32,000 nucleotides of DNA from Ignicoccus islandicus DSM 13165 (GTDB taxonomy: Archaea; Thermoproteota; Thermoprotei_A; Sulfolobales; Ignicoccaceae), in assembly GCF_001481685.1 (NCBI RefSeq), contig NZ_CP006867.1, positions 510,001-542,000 of the forward strand, given 5' to 3'. The position numbers were made by a program, and so were the translations under genes. Of the stretch, positions 8,131 to 16,306 are shown one piece after another. Position 1 is the stretch's first letter, and every line of letters starts with the position of its first letter. The notes below the pieces were generated by a model. It was not told the DNA's origin. It saw only the letters and a program-made list of their open reading frames with translations, and searched no databases.

Positions 8131-8955
8131 TTAAATTCCTCCCTTTACTCCCTTAAGAAGAATTTCACCGAGAACCGCAACGCCATCTCCTATTTCAGCA
8201 CCAACTGCCTCGGCCAATGGTCTACATTTGGCCATGTATAGCAATATAGATGGTTCCGAAGGTTGGAAGTCTATGTATGCATCTGCATTGAGTAAACCTT
8301 TCGAAACTATCAAATCGACGTTACTCCTAAGCTCCTTGGCTTCATCGCATCTATCGTAAATAGTACAGTCTGAAGGTAACGCTTCGAGACCTCCATCCCA
8401 ATTAAGTAATTGCGCTACCTCAGCTAAGTCTGAATAAGTTGCATCAATTTCGTAACTCTCCTCCCTAGCCACTAAAGTGACCTCCCATCCTAATCTTTGG
8501 AAGAATTTAGCAGCAGCTACGTCGTATGGCAGTTCAGGAAGGTTATCTATAGCGTAAACCATTTTCCCACCATTGAGTAAGAGGTCCGTACCTAGTGCAA
8601 TCAGTTTACCATACTTAGCGTTCTGCATTCTGTATTGACCACCTACTGCTGTATCGTACATGTTTCCCAAGGTAGCTATTCTAAGAGCGTCTTCCAAGCT
8701 CTTAGGGTATTCAATTGGGGTTTCGAGGGCCTTCTTAAATAGTTCCCATTTGGTCCTCTGGTATACGTCTCCTATTACGTCCTTGAGAATTCTCCAAGAG
8801 TATCTGAAGGCTTTACTTTTGGGAAACTGGAGCGACGATGCCGTTCCACCAATTATTAGTTGGATCTCTTTATCGGTAGCGTTTCCTTGGTACGCATCGT
8901 AAATTCTCGCATCAAATAAACATCTCAAGCAGTCTTCTGGCCACTTCATGACCAT
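8131..8955 (-). CDS. DUF89 / ARMT1-like (damage-control phosphatase family) protein
   Basis: 274 aa. N-terminal CLRCL, then LGNMYD, AIDNLPELPYD and SKGLLN, which resemble the DUF89 metal-site motifs. Recognised from memory of the family. Confidence 0.55.
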   Translation of the reverse strand: MVMKWPEDCLRCLFDARIYDAYQGNATDKEIQLIIGGTASSLQFPKSKAFRYSWRILKDVIGDVYQRTKWELFKKALETPIEYPKSLEDALRIATLGNMYDTAVGGQYRMQNAKYGKLIALGTDLLLNGGKMVYAIDNLPELPYDVAAAKFFQRLGWEVTLVAREESYEIDATYSDLAEVAQLLNWDGGLEALPSDCTIYDRCDEAKELRSNVDLIVSKGLLNADAYIDFQPSEPSILLYMAKCRPLAEAVGAEIGDGVAVLGEILLKGVKGGI

Positions 8956-8992
8956 ACTGATACCGCCATTGGGCTCACACTTACTAAGTATA

Positions 8993-9559
8993 TTAGTAAC
9001 AATAGGTTCTCAATAGTTCCGAGAGTAATCGTTTCGACTTATCTACGAAATCTTGTAACGTTGATACGTTCTCAATAACTATCTCCGCATTTCGCATTAC
9101 CTTATCTATACCTAAGGATATCTCTAGTTCGTCGCGTTTCCTCAGTTCCTCCTCACTAACGTCATCAACTCTACCCCTCTTTAATACTCTACCTAAACGA
9201 ACTTCGAAAGGAGCCTCTATTGAAATTATCACAACTTTACCGAGCTTTCTAAAGACTTCCACCTCGTCCAAGGATCGAACGCCATCTATAACTACGGCAC
9301 AACTCTCGAGTCCTCGTATCTTCTCTGCAACTCTTTTCGCTACTGCTATCGAACCCTCTTCTTCTCTAAGTTGCAATGCCACGCGCCTTATGTTCTCCGG
9401 AGTTAGATCTAATCCCCTCCTTACTACTTCACTTCGAACGATGTCTCCCATAACAATCACTGGTATCTTAAGTTGCTCTGCGACCTTAGCGAAAGTACCT
9501 TTACCGGAACCGGGCAGTCCCGTTGTCACTATTATTAGTTTTACCAAATCGAACTCCAT
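8993..9559 (-). CDS. UPF0200-type P-loop nucleotide kinase (dephospho-CoA-kinase-like fold)
   Basis: 188 aa. Walker A GLPGSGKGT, IPVIVMGDIVRSEVVRRGLDLTPENIRRVALQLREEEG and VIDGVRSLDEVEVFRK are typical of the archaeal UPF0200 family. Confidence 0.7.
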   Translation of the reverse strand: MEFDLVKLIIVTTGLPGSGKGTFAKVAEQLKIPVIVMGDIVRSEVVRRGLDLTPENIRRVALQLREEEGSIAVAKRVAEKIRGLESCAVVIDGVRSLDEVEVFRKLGKVVIISIEAPFEVRLGRVLKRGRVDDVSEEELRKRDELEISLGIDKVMRNAEIVIENVSTLQDFVDKSKRLLSELLRTYCY

Positions 9560-9678
9560 TACATTGATGTTAAACGATCGAATTTAATTTAACTGCATGA
9601 AGAGCTATGATCCCAGGGTCCGGATAAAACCCGTATTTTTCTAAGGAATACATCATGAAGTAACACTGGGATGGAACG

Positions 9679-10833
9679 ATGGTACTCGAAAACGTGAGAC
9701 CGAAAACGAAGGCCCAATCTGCCCTACTCAAGGCTTTGGAAGATTCGACAATAGATATAGTAGGTGCGTTTGGACCTTCGGGAACCGGTAAGAGTCTAAT
9801 ATCGTTAGCATACGCAATAGGAGCCCTCAAAGAAGGAAAGTATGAAAAAGTAATAATAGCGAGACCAGTCATTGACGTAGTTACCGGTAAGGAACTTACT
9901 ATTGCTGACGTAGGCGTAGAGGACTACTTTCAAATAGCTGCCGCATACCTAAGAGATATCCTTGCAGGCTTTATAGACCAGAACGAAATAGAGGAACTAC
10001 ATTCAAAGGGTAAACTTCTACTCGTAGACACTCACTACTTAAGAGGTAGGACGTTCGATAGGTCTATTGTAGTACTAGATGACGCGCAAAACGCTGATCC
10101 CGAAGCGGCCATAGAGGCTCTAATGAGGTTGGGGGAGTCAAGTAAGTTCGTTGTGATTGGTGATCCTGTATTCCAGTCTAATACCGAAATAGGAAGAGAC
10201 GGTGCATCGCTCTTGAGAGAAATATTGCTTCGAGAAGATGGAACTGTAGTGATAGACTTCGGACTTAAAGATATAGTAAGACCAGGTGCTCGCAGAGGTA
10301 TAAGGTTCATGATGGAACTTCGAATGAGGAAAAGGGAACTAAACGACGTCGAAAAGAACGTCCTCGAAGCCGCGAAAATATACGCTCCTGATGCAGACGT
10401 CATAACAGTGGTCGAATTCGTAGACCTCAAAAAGAAATACGAACTTGAGGACAACCAACACGTTCCAGATGGACTCGTGGTCCTTAAGGAGGGGCATGCT
10501 CCTCGCTTAATAGGAAAAGGCGGTGAAAGGATTGCCAGGATAGAAGAAGATACTGGTCTAAAGCTAAGGACCGTAGAACTGACTAATGATTTGAAGGACT
10601 TTATTATAGCCGTACATCCAGTTCCATGGATCTCCAAACACATAGTAGATGTTGATTTCGCTGGTCCCCAATTAATGGTTAAGGTCAATAGCGACGAATT
10701 CGGAGCCTTCGTAGGTCAGAAAGGCAAATACGTAAGATTTGTAAGCGAGATTATGAAGAGGCTCTTAGGAGTCCCAGTCTGGGCAACGGAGGTTCAAAAG
10801 GGTAAGAAAAAGAGAGGAAGAAGAAACCGCTAG
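9679..10833 (+). CDS. PhoH-like P-loop ATPase fused to two C-terminal KH-like domains and a basic tail
   Basis: 384 aa. Walker A GPSGTGKS, ARPV, LRGRTF, VVLDDAQN (usually DEAQN) and VIGDPVFQ follow PhoH order. The C-terminal half carries GxxG KH motifs LIGKGGERIARIEEDTGLKL and FVGQKGKYVRFVSEI, then KGKKKRGRRNR. Confidence 0.65.
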   Translation: MVLENVRPKTKAQSALLKALEDSTIDIVGAFGPSGTGKSLISLAYAIGALKEGKYEKVIIARPVIDVVTGKELTIADVGVEDYFQIAAAYLRDILAGFIDQNEIEELHSKGKLLLVDTHYLRGRTFDRSIVVLDDAQNADPEAAIEALMRLGESSKFVVIGDPVFQSNTEIGRDGASLLREILLREDGTVVIDFGLKDIVRPGARRGIRFMMELRMRKRELNDVEKNVLEAAKIYAPDADVITVVEFVDLKKKYELEDNQHVPDGLVVLKEGHAPRLIGKGGERIARIEEDTGLKLRTVELTNDLKDFIIAVHPVPWISKHIVDVDFAGPQLMVKVNSDEFGAFVGQKGKYVRFVSEIMKRLLGVPVWATEVQKGKKKRGRRNR

Positions 10834-10870
10834 TGGTCGAACTAGATGAGATTTCGCTGGGTTGTCCGAC

Positions 10871-11305
10871 TCACTCACCAAACATCATATTAATCTCTCT
10901 AATCACGTTTTCAATGCGCCGTATGTGCGAACCTCTCCAATAAGGTTGTCCGCATTTCGTACAAACCCATACTTCCCTGTCACCCATTACTCCTATTCGC
11001 CTTAATGGAGCGTTACACAGACTGCACCTCTTAGGTGTTATAGGTAGTTCGTAACGGATACCTGTCTTAAGTTTGAGTTCTATGAGTTGATTTTTTACGT
11101 CGATGGAGTTTACGTATACGCAGTTTCTAGGGAGCCGCTGACAGAGAAATTTGTCCCTTGTTAGTATTATACATCTGGATTTCTTGAAGCGTTGGACTAT
11201 CTTCGAGTCTTCTTCTTGGGTATACTCGGCAGAATACCCTAATATCCTCAAATATCGAGTTAGTTTACCTAACATTGCATCTGCCAAAAAGCATGGCTCT
11301 GTCAT
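10871..11305 (-). CDS. Mut7-C (DUF82) PIN-like RNase domain protein with a C-terminal Zn ribbon
   Basis: CFLADAMLGKLTRYLRILGY, ILTRD and RCSLCN...CTKCGQPYWRGSH form the Mut7-C signature. I prefer ATG 11305 (MTEPCFLAD) over the track's TTG 11332, because it forms an ATGA overlap with the stop of the upstream gene. Confidence 0.8.
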   Translation of the reverse strand: MTEPCFLADAMLGKLTRYLRILGYSAEYTQEEDSKIVQRFKKSRCIILTRDKFLCQRLPRNCVYVNSIDVKNQLIELKLKTGIRYELPITPKRCSLCNAPLRRIGVMGDREVWVCTKCGQPYWRGSHIRRIENVIREINMMFGE

Positions 11306-12135
11306 ATCATTTGACTGAAAATCAAACTCCAAGGGACATACCTTACCTCTCCTTTTACACTTATTAGTATACCATCATCTGTTTCGGGTTTAATTAGTTC
11401 AATTACCTCCTTTAAAGTTACGTTCTCACTGATTATATGAGGTTCCTTCAACAATCCATCGAAACTAACTTCTCCAATGGGATTTCTCCTTTCTTCCCAT
11501 ATTTTCATGAGAACGTCTCTAGCTTTCAGAACCTTATCGCCTACTAGAACTATTGGGAACACCTTCTCATCCATTAACATCAGTGCTTCTCCTAAGGTGT
11601 TAGCTCTCGGTAGCTCGAGTGCGAGCTCCCCTAACTGTATTGCAGGAAGATCGCTTACGCGCGTTGCGAGGATTTCCCTTATAGGTAAACTGGCAACTAC
11701 CTTTCCTTCCTCTACTACTGGGTATAAGTCAATAAGCGGTTCGTTCTTTATTAGTTCCCTTACTTCTTTATCGCTCATTTCCCCGTCGATTGGAGTTACC
11801 TTCTCTTCGACTCTTTTTACTGGTTCTAAGAAGATTTCATAAATCGGCGTATCCCTTTCATGCCACAATGCGATAGAAGCAGCAATTTTAGGTAAGCGTG
11901 CTATGCCCACGTACTTATCCCCATCGGCTAAAATAACATTAGAGATAGTGCGTGAATTTAATAATTCCAAAATTATGGACCTGAGATTAGCTTGAGGCGA
12001 GTGTACCTCTTCAGGTTCTTTAACGTATGATATCCATTTCTCTTCTTTATGCTTTCTAGATAGCTTACTAGGCGTGCCGTCCGAACGTAAGTATCTCGTC
12101 CCCTCGGGCATTCTTGGCTTCAACCGCTGCACCAA
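11302..12135 (-). CDS. CBS-domain protein with four CBS-like repeats and a basic N-terminal extension
   Basis: 277 aa. The pattern 'hydrophobic-x-PVV/PIV...G-hydrophobic...DhL' repeats four times (VILADGDKYVGIARL; LYPVVEEGKVVASLPIREIL; FPIVLVGDKVLKARDVL; GILISVKGEVRYVPWSLI). Start codon uncertain (TTG 12135, GTG 12132 or an ATG 8 codons in). Confidence 0.5.
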   Translation of the reverse strand: MVQRLKPRMPEGTRYLRSDGTPSKLSRKHKEEKWISYVKEPEEVHSPQANLRSIILELLNSRTISNVILADGDKYVGIARLPKIAASIALWHERDTPIYEIFLEPVKRVEEKVTPIDGEMSDKEVRELIKNEPLIDLYPVVEEGKVVASLPIREILATRVSDLPAIQLGELALELPRANTLGEALMLMDEKVFPIVLVGDKVLKARDVLMKIWEERRNPIGEVSFDGLLKEPHIISENVTLKEVIELIKPETDDGILISVKGEVRYVPWSLIFSQMI

Positions 12136-12232
12136 TCTAAAGATTCCATAGAAGGATTATATTTCCGAGACTTTCAGGTGGGATCTTACTGGAACAATAA
12201 TTAATCGCTACCCATTAACTTTCATTCGGTCG

Positions 12233-12796
12233 ATGAGGACTCAAGACATGGATGATAGAACTAAGGTTAAAATTAGCAAGTACATGACTTACTTACTCAG
12301 ACACAAGCCGGATTTCGTAGATAGGCACGGTTGGGTCACGTTAGATAGGCTTCTTAGAGAAGTTAGGAAGAAATTTCCGGAAGTAAATTTGGAGGACATA
12401 ATTGAAATCGCCAGAGAAGATGAAAAGGGAAGGTATGAAATTTCCGGAAATAAGATAAGGGCCCGGTACGGTCATACGTTTCCAGTAACCATTGAAATGG
12501 AAGAGGATTACGAAGGGAAACTTTTCCATGGTACTTCTTGCGAGAACGCAATGAAAATTATTAACGAAGGTATAAAACCTATGAAGAGAACTTATGTTCA
12601 TTTGGCTACAACCTTAGACATAGCTATAGAAAACGCCAAGAGGAAAGGCAAGTGCATCGTTGTATTTGAGGTAGATCCCTTGTGCTTGAAATCGAAGGGA
12701 TTGAAAGTTTATAAAGCAAGTGAGAAAATCAGGGTTACTAATTACGTTCCCCCGGAGTGCATAAAAGAGGTGCTTAGAACCGTTTTGGGGAAGTAG
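12233..12796 (+). CDS. kptA: RNA 2'-phosphotransferase (Tpt1/KptA family)
   Basis: 187 aa. SKYMTYLLRHKPD...GWVTLDRLL, IRARYGHTF, LFHGTS and YVHLA are the Tpt1 motifs. Confidence 0.85.
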   Translation: MRTQDMDDRTKVKISKYMTYLLRHKPDFVDRHGWVTLDRLLREVRKKFPEVNLEDIIEIAREDEKGRYEISGNKIRARYGHTFPVTIEMEEDYEGKLFHGTSCENAMKIINEGIKPMKRTYVHLATTLDIAIENAKRKGKCIVVFEVDPLCLKSKGLKVYKASEKIRVTNYVPPECIKEVLRTVLGK

Positions 12797-12799
12797 AAT

Positions 12800-13213
12800 T
12801 TGAAGATAGGAATTGTAGTAGCTGAGTTCAATTATGACATAACCTATATGATGAAAGAGAAGGCCGTTTCTCATGCCCAATTCTTAGGCGTTGACTTCGA
12901 AGTTGTTTACGTGCCGGGCGTATTTGAAACACCATTAGCAACCAAGGTACTACTAGAAAGGGACGATATAGATGCGGTGGCAGTAATAGGTGCTGTAATA
13001 AAAGGAGAGACGGACCACGATCAAGTTGTAGCTCATCAAGCCGCACGTAAACTTCTAGACCTATCGTTAGAATATAATAAGCCAGTAGCGCTCGGAATAA
13101 TAGGTCCCAATGCTACAAGAGAGCAAGCTACTGAAAGGATAGAAGAATATGCGAGAAGGGCTGTAGAGGCAGCCGTTAAGATGGTTAGGAGACTGAACAA
13201 TATAAAGGAGTAA
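12800..13213 (+). CDS. ribH: 6,7-dimethyl-8-ribityllumazine synthase
   Basis: 137 aa with a TTG start 3 nt after the kptA stop. [32 protein letters not shown] and GIIGPN match the archaeal RibH pattern. Confidence 0.85.
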   Translation: MKIGIVVAEFNYDITYMMKEKAVSHAQFLGVDFEVVYVPGVFETPLATKVLLERDDIDAVAVIGAVIKGETDHDQVVAHQAARKLLDLSLEYNKPVALGIIGPNATREQATERIEEYARRAVEAAVKMVRRLNNIKE

Positions 13214-13225
13214 AATTGAATAGAA

Positions 13226-13420
13226 TTAAAGTTTGGCATGAGTAATCATGTGATTAATTAAAGAACGTTCGTCAAAGAAGTACCTCCCATTACTTTCTTC
13301 AATAGAGTGACATATTGGGCATGAGAGCAAGCCACTGACTTCGTCTCGCGGAACTCTCAACCTTATACCTTCTACATCTATCTCTACTATCTTCCATCGG
13401 GGCGTCCAGTTTAAGCTCAC
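13226..13420 (-). CDS. Small (64 aa) protein with a C2H2-like zinc-finger motif
   Basis: GTG start 16 nt downstream of the AAA ATPase stop. CPIC-x19-HMITH (Cys-x2-Cys ... His-x3-His). No family recognised. Confidence 0.5.
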   Translation of the reverse strand: MSLNWTPRWKIVEIDVEGIRLRVPRDEVSGLLSCPICHSIEESNGRYFFDERSLINHMITHAKL

Positions 13421-13435
13421 ATCAAATCCCCCCTT

Positions 13436-14926
13436 TCATATTTTATCTGGGGTCTTTACATAGTCAATAACTATTCCTTGAACTTGTTTCAAGCTCCATA
13501 TGATTCGTTCCTGGAGGTTCTTCCTATCGTTTTCGTTTATGTTGAACTTCCTCCTTGCCCACCATATGCTATCTCGATCTATTTTACCGTTACCTTTCAT
13601 TGCAGCCATCCTTACGAAAGCGTCTATTTCGGCTGCGCTGAACCACCTAGTTATTCTAACCATGTCTTCCAAAAGAGCATGGGAAGCTAGCTTCACGTCG
13701 TAGCGACGCAAGGCATTAGTAATTATTTTCTCCCTGAATTCTTTATCAGGATAACCCATGACGATTATGGCATCGATTCTCCCAGGTCTAATTAACGCTT
13801 GATCTATAATTTCAGGATGATTTGCAGTTAGAGCTATCAAAGGTTTCCTTTCCTCTTGCAACATCTTTAGGAAAACAGAGACCTCTGCTAAGTAACCTTC
13901 GTGAACAGCCATAGTTCGACTAGCCAAGAATTCCGCGTCATCTATTAAAACAGTTATATCGCTCCTATTCTTTATACTGTCGAAAATACTCTTCAGTATC
14001 TTCTCAGTCTGACCGTACCACATACTCCTATAAGTTGACGGATCTATATCTAGTAATTTCCTATTCAACTCCTTACTAATCGCTTCTACGAGTACTGATT
14101 TGCCCATTCCGGGAGGTCCAGTAACGATTATTCCCTTAAGTGCATATTTCTTTGAACCAAGAATAGGGTTAATAACGATAGTTCTAACTTGCTCAGATAG
14201 CTCTCTGGGGAATTGACTTAAATCCCATGTGGGTTTTCTCAATTTTAAACTTAGAGATACGTCATCGTCATCGTCCACAACTACCTCGTCTTCCTCAAAT
14301 ATATTAGCAATCCTAACTAGCAAGAAGTTCTGAATAGTAAGTTTCTTCGTGAAATCTGATGGAACTTCTCCTATTCGTTCTAACTCTTTAAGGATCCTTC
14401 GAAGTTCATTTCTTTCTCTTCTAAAAATTTTTAGGACGTCCTCTCTAGTCAGTTTTTCTACATCTGAGGAAATCGTGATTGGTATTAGTTTGATCTTCTT
14501 TTGACATTGAGGTTTGAGCGCTATTAAGAACGCTATTCTCCTTTTGTTATTCTCAGCGTCAATTATAGAGTAAGCCAAGTTAACGTCGTATTCTTCTAAA
14601 GCAGAAGGGATATAGTATCTAACTAATGGTCTTATCATCCCCCTTATTATCTCCTCGCTAGAGAGGAAAGTAGACGGTATCTTGAGCTTGTATATCAATG
14701 GCGTTTCCTCCTTACTATCCAATTCCTCTACTACAGTCTTCTGAAACTTATTGACTATGGGTAAGACGTAAAATTCGTCTTCTAAGCTTTCGAGAACTTG
14801 TTGCTTACCTCTCTTTTTGTAGATAATCATATAGGTTTTGGCGTTATCATGCTCGAGCTTGAGCACCTCGGCATTCTTCAAAGTTTTATTTTGATCGACA
14901 ACGTCTACTCTGGTAGCGCCGTTCAC
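13436..14926 (-). CDS. Classical-clade AAA ATPase with a single AAA module and an unrecognised ~250-aa N-terminal domain
   Basis: 496 aa. Walker A GPPGMGKS; Walker B VLIDDAEF (Asp where the catalytic Glu normally sits); second region of homology LTANHPEIIDQALIRPGRID; lid FSAAEIDAF. The N-terminal half has no motif I recognise and ends in an acidic patch, EEDEVVVDDDDDV. Confidence 0.8.
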   Translation of the reverse strand: MNGATRVDVVDQNKTLKNAEVLKLEHDNAKTYMIIYKKRGKQQVLESLEDEFYVLPIVNKFQKTVVEELDSKEETPLIYKLKIPSTFLSSEEIIRGMIRPLVRYYIPSALEEYDVNLAYSIIDAENNKRRIAFLIALKPQCQKKIKLIPITISSDVEKLTREDVLKIFRRERNELRRILKELERIGEVPSDFTKKLTIQNFLLVRIANIFEEDEVVVDDDDDVSLSLKLRKPTWDLSQFPRELSEQVRTIVINPILGSKKYALKGIIVTGPPGMGKSVLVEAISKELNRKLLDIDPSTYRSMWYGQTEKILKSIFDSIKNRSDITVLIDDAEFLASRTMAVHEGYLAEVSVFLKMLQEERKPLIALTANHPEIIDQALIRPGRIDAIIVMGYPDKEFREKIITNALRRYDVKLASHALLEDMVRITRWFSAAEIDAFVRMAAMKGNGKIDRDSIWWARRKFNINENDRKNLQERIIWSLKQVQGIVIDYVKTPDKI

Positions 14927-14962
14927 TACTAACGACCGTTAATACGGGGGTCGATTACAGTT

Positions 14963-15622
14963 ATGAATATGGTTGCGAAAATATGTAACGATTGGAAGAT
15001 AGCCTTAGGTGATCTTTCGAAATGGCTTTCGTTTGACCTACGAAAAGACTTTAGGGCTGTTAGCGAACTTGAAAAAATACGTCTAACCTACCGAATCCCC
15101 CATTTCGATTGTTTGGTCGTAATTGGACCACAATATGAGTCGACTGAGCTACCTAAAGACTGTTCAACAATGGTAGTTGATAGCGCATTGAACGTCTTCG
15201 ATGGTCACCCTGACGTAATAGTCAGCGACATGGACGGAGTAACGCTCGAAAGGTTGAAGGAAGAAATGATGGCGGGATCCACCTTATTCCTAGTTGCTCA
15301 TGGCGATAATTTCGAGAAGATTCTCCAAGTGGTAAAAGTATTGGAGGATTACGGAAACGTGATACTCGTATCTCAGTTATTGACGCCATCGCTCCGAATC
15401 CCTTGTATTCCGGCATTCAGTGATGGAGACAAAGCTATATTCATAGCAAGACTTATCTCACGAAAGGTGAAAATTTTTGGTTTCGATACAAACTATCAAA
15501 GTACTCGAAGCAAAAGCGTCGAGCTTTCGACGAAGCTTCGAAAAATAGCGCTATCGAGAGCTTATGGGACGATAATTTGGTCAAGGTATTATGGGGAGTT
15601 ACCGGTGCCGGCCATTGGATGA
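14963..15622 (+). CDS. mptE: MptE-like 6-hydroxymethyl-7,8-dihydropterin pyrophosphokinase (DUF115 family)
   Basis: 219 aa. VVIGPQ, VSDMDG, VAHGDN, FSDGDKA and IFGFD follow the order of the MptE/DUF115 motifs. Confidence 0.65.
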   Translation: MNMVAKICNDWKIALGDLSKWLSFDLRKDFRAVSELEKIRLTYRIPHFDCLVVIGPQYESTELPKDCSTMVVDSALNVFDGHPDVIVSDMDGVTLERLKEEMMAGSTLFLVAHGDNFEKILQVVKVLEDYGNVILVSQLLTPSLRIPCIPAFSDGDKAIFIARLISRKVKIFGFDTNYQSTRSKSVELSTKLRKIALSRAYGTIIWSRYYGELPVPAIG

Positions 15623-16305
15623 GGGAATCCGCTTCGATATTTGAAAAAGTGGCATCTAGAACCAAGGTTACAGTTATCATGACTCGTAACGGCTATGAGA
15701 TAGCTAAGCTATACGGAGTCCTAGACGTGTTCAAGAAATATACCGGTGGATATTATTCCGAACTTGAAGTAGATCCCAATCCCCTTTCTCATATATATGG
15801 AAGAGTTCTTTCGAAGAAGTACGAGTTATTCGTATTAGCTCCGTTATCAGCGAACACCGCTAACAAAATAGCTGATGGAATAGCAGATAATTTGGTTACG
15901 ACAGCGGCAGCTATGGCTAGGAAAGCCGGTGTAACTACAATTCTCTTACCTACTGATGCGCCTTGGGTAAAGGAAACGGCCCTTCCTTGTACGGTTCACG
16001 ATAACTGCGTCAACTGTTCAGTATGTCCTCCTCAAGAAACTTGTCCTACGAAAGCCATTGTTGACGGTATATCTAAAAAGAGAATTCTTCTAGATCGGTG
16101 TATAGGTTGCGAATTATGTGTAACCAAATGTCCCTACGAAGCAATTAACTGCTTCGAAAAGGTTGAGATAAACGTTCACTGGCTAGAGGTAGAGAAGCTT
16201 AAGGTTTTGGAGAAGTTCGAAAGCTTCATTATAGTACGTTCTCCAGAAGAACTCTCGAGAATCATTAACGAATACTTAGACGTAGCCCTCAATGAGGGGG
16301 CGTAA
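15577..16305 (+). CDS. Archaeal flavoprotein (AfpA/Dfp fold) fused to a 2x[4Fe-4S] ferredoxin domain; DmrX-like putative dihydromethanopterin-type reductase
   Basis: 242 aa. N-terminal VLWGVTGAGH and APLSANTANKIADGIADN are flavoprotein motifs. These are followed by CVNCSVCPPQETCP and CIGCELCVTKCP cluster motifs. The start overlaps the mptE-like gene by 46 nt. Confidence 0.6.
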   Translation: MVKVLWGVTGAGHWMRESASIFEKVASRTKVTVIMTRNGYEIAKLYGVLDVFKKYTGGYYSELEVDPNPLSHIYGRVLSKKYELFVLAPLSANTANKIADGIADNLVTTAAAMARKAGVTTILLPTDAPWVKETALPCTVHDNCVNCSVCPPQETCPTKAIVDGISKKRILLDRCIGCELCVTKCPYEAINCFEKVEINVHWLEVEKLKVLEKFESFIIVRSPEELSRIINEYLDVALNEGA

Positions 16306-16306
16306 C

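Noticed and set aside
9570-9872. 100-aa minus-strand ORF spanning the kinase/PhoH intergenic region
   Set aside because: It overlaps the N-terminal Walker-A region of the PhoH-like gene in antisense and would remove the divergent promoter region. No motif is present.
10035-10688. 217-aa minus-strand ORF, Ser/Thr/Leu-rich
   Set aside because: It is fully antisense to the PhoH-like gene, which has clear motifs. The composition is typical of the antisense of purine-rich (GAR/AAR) coding DNA, and no motif is present.
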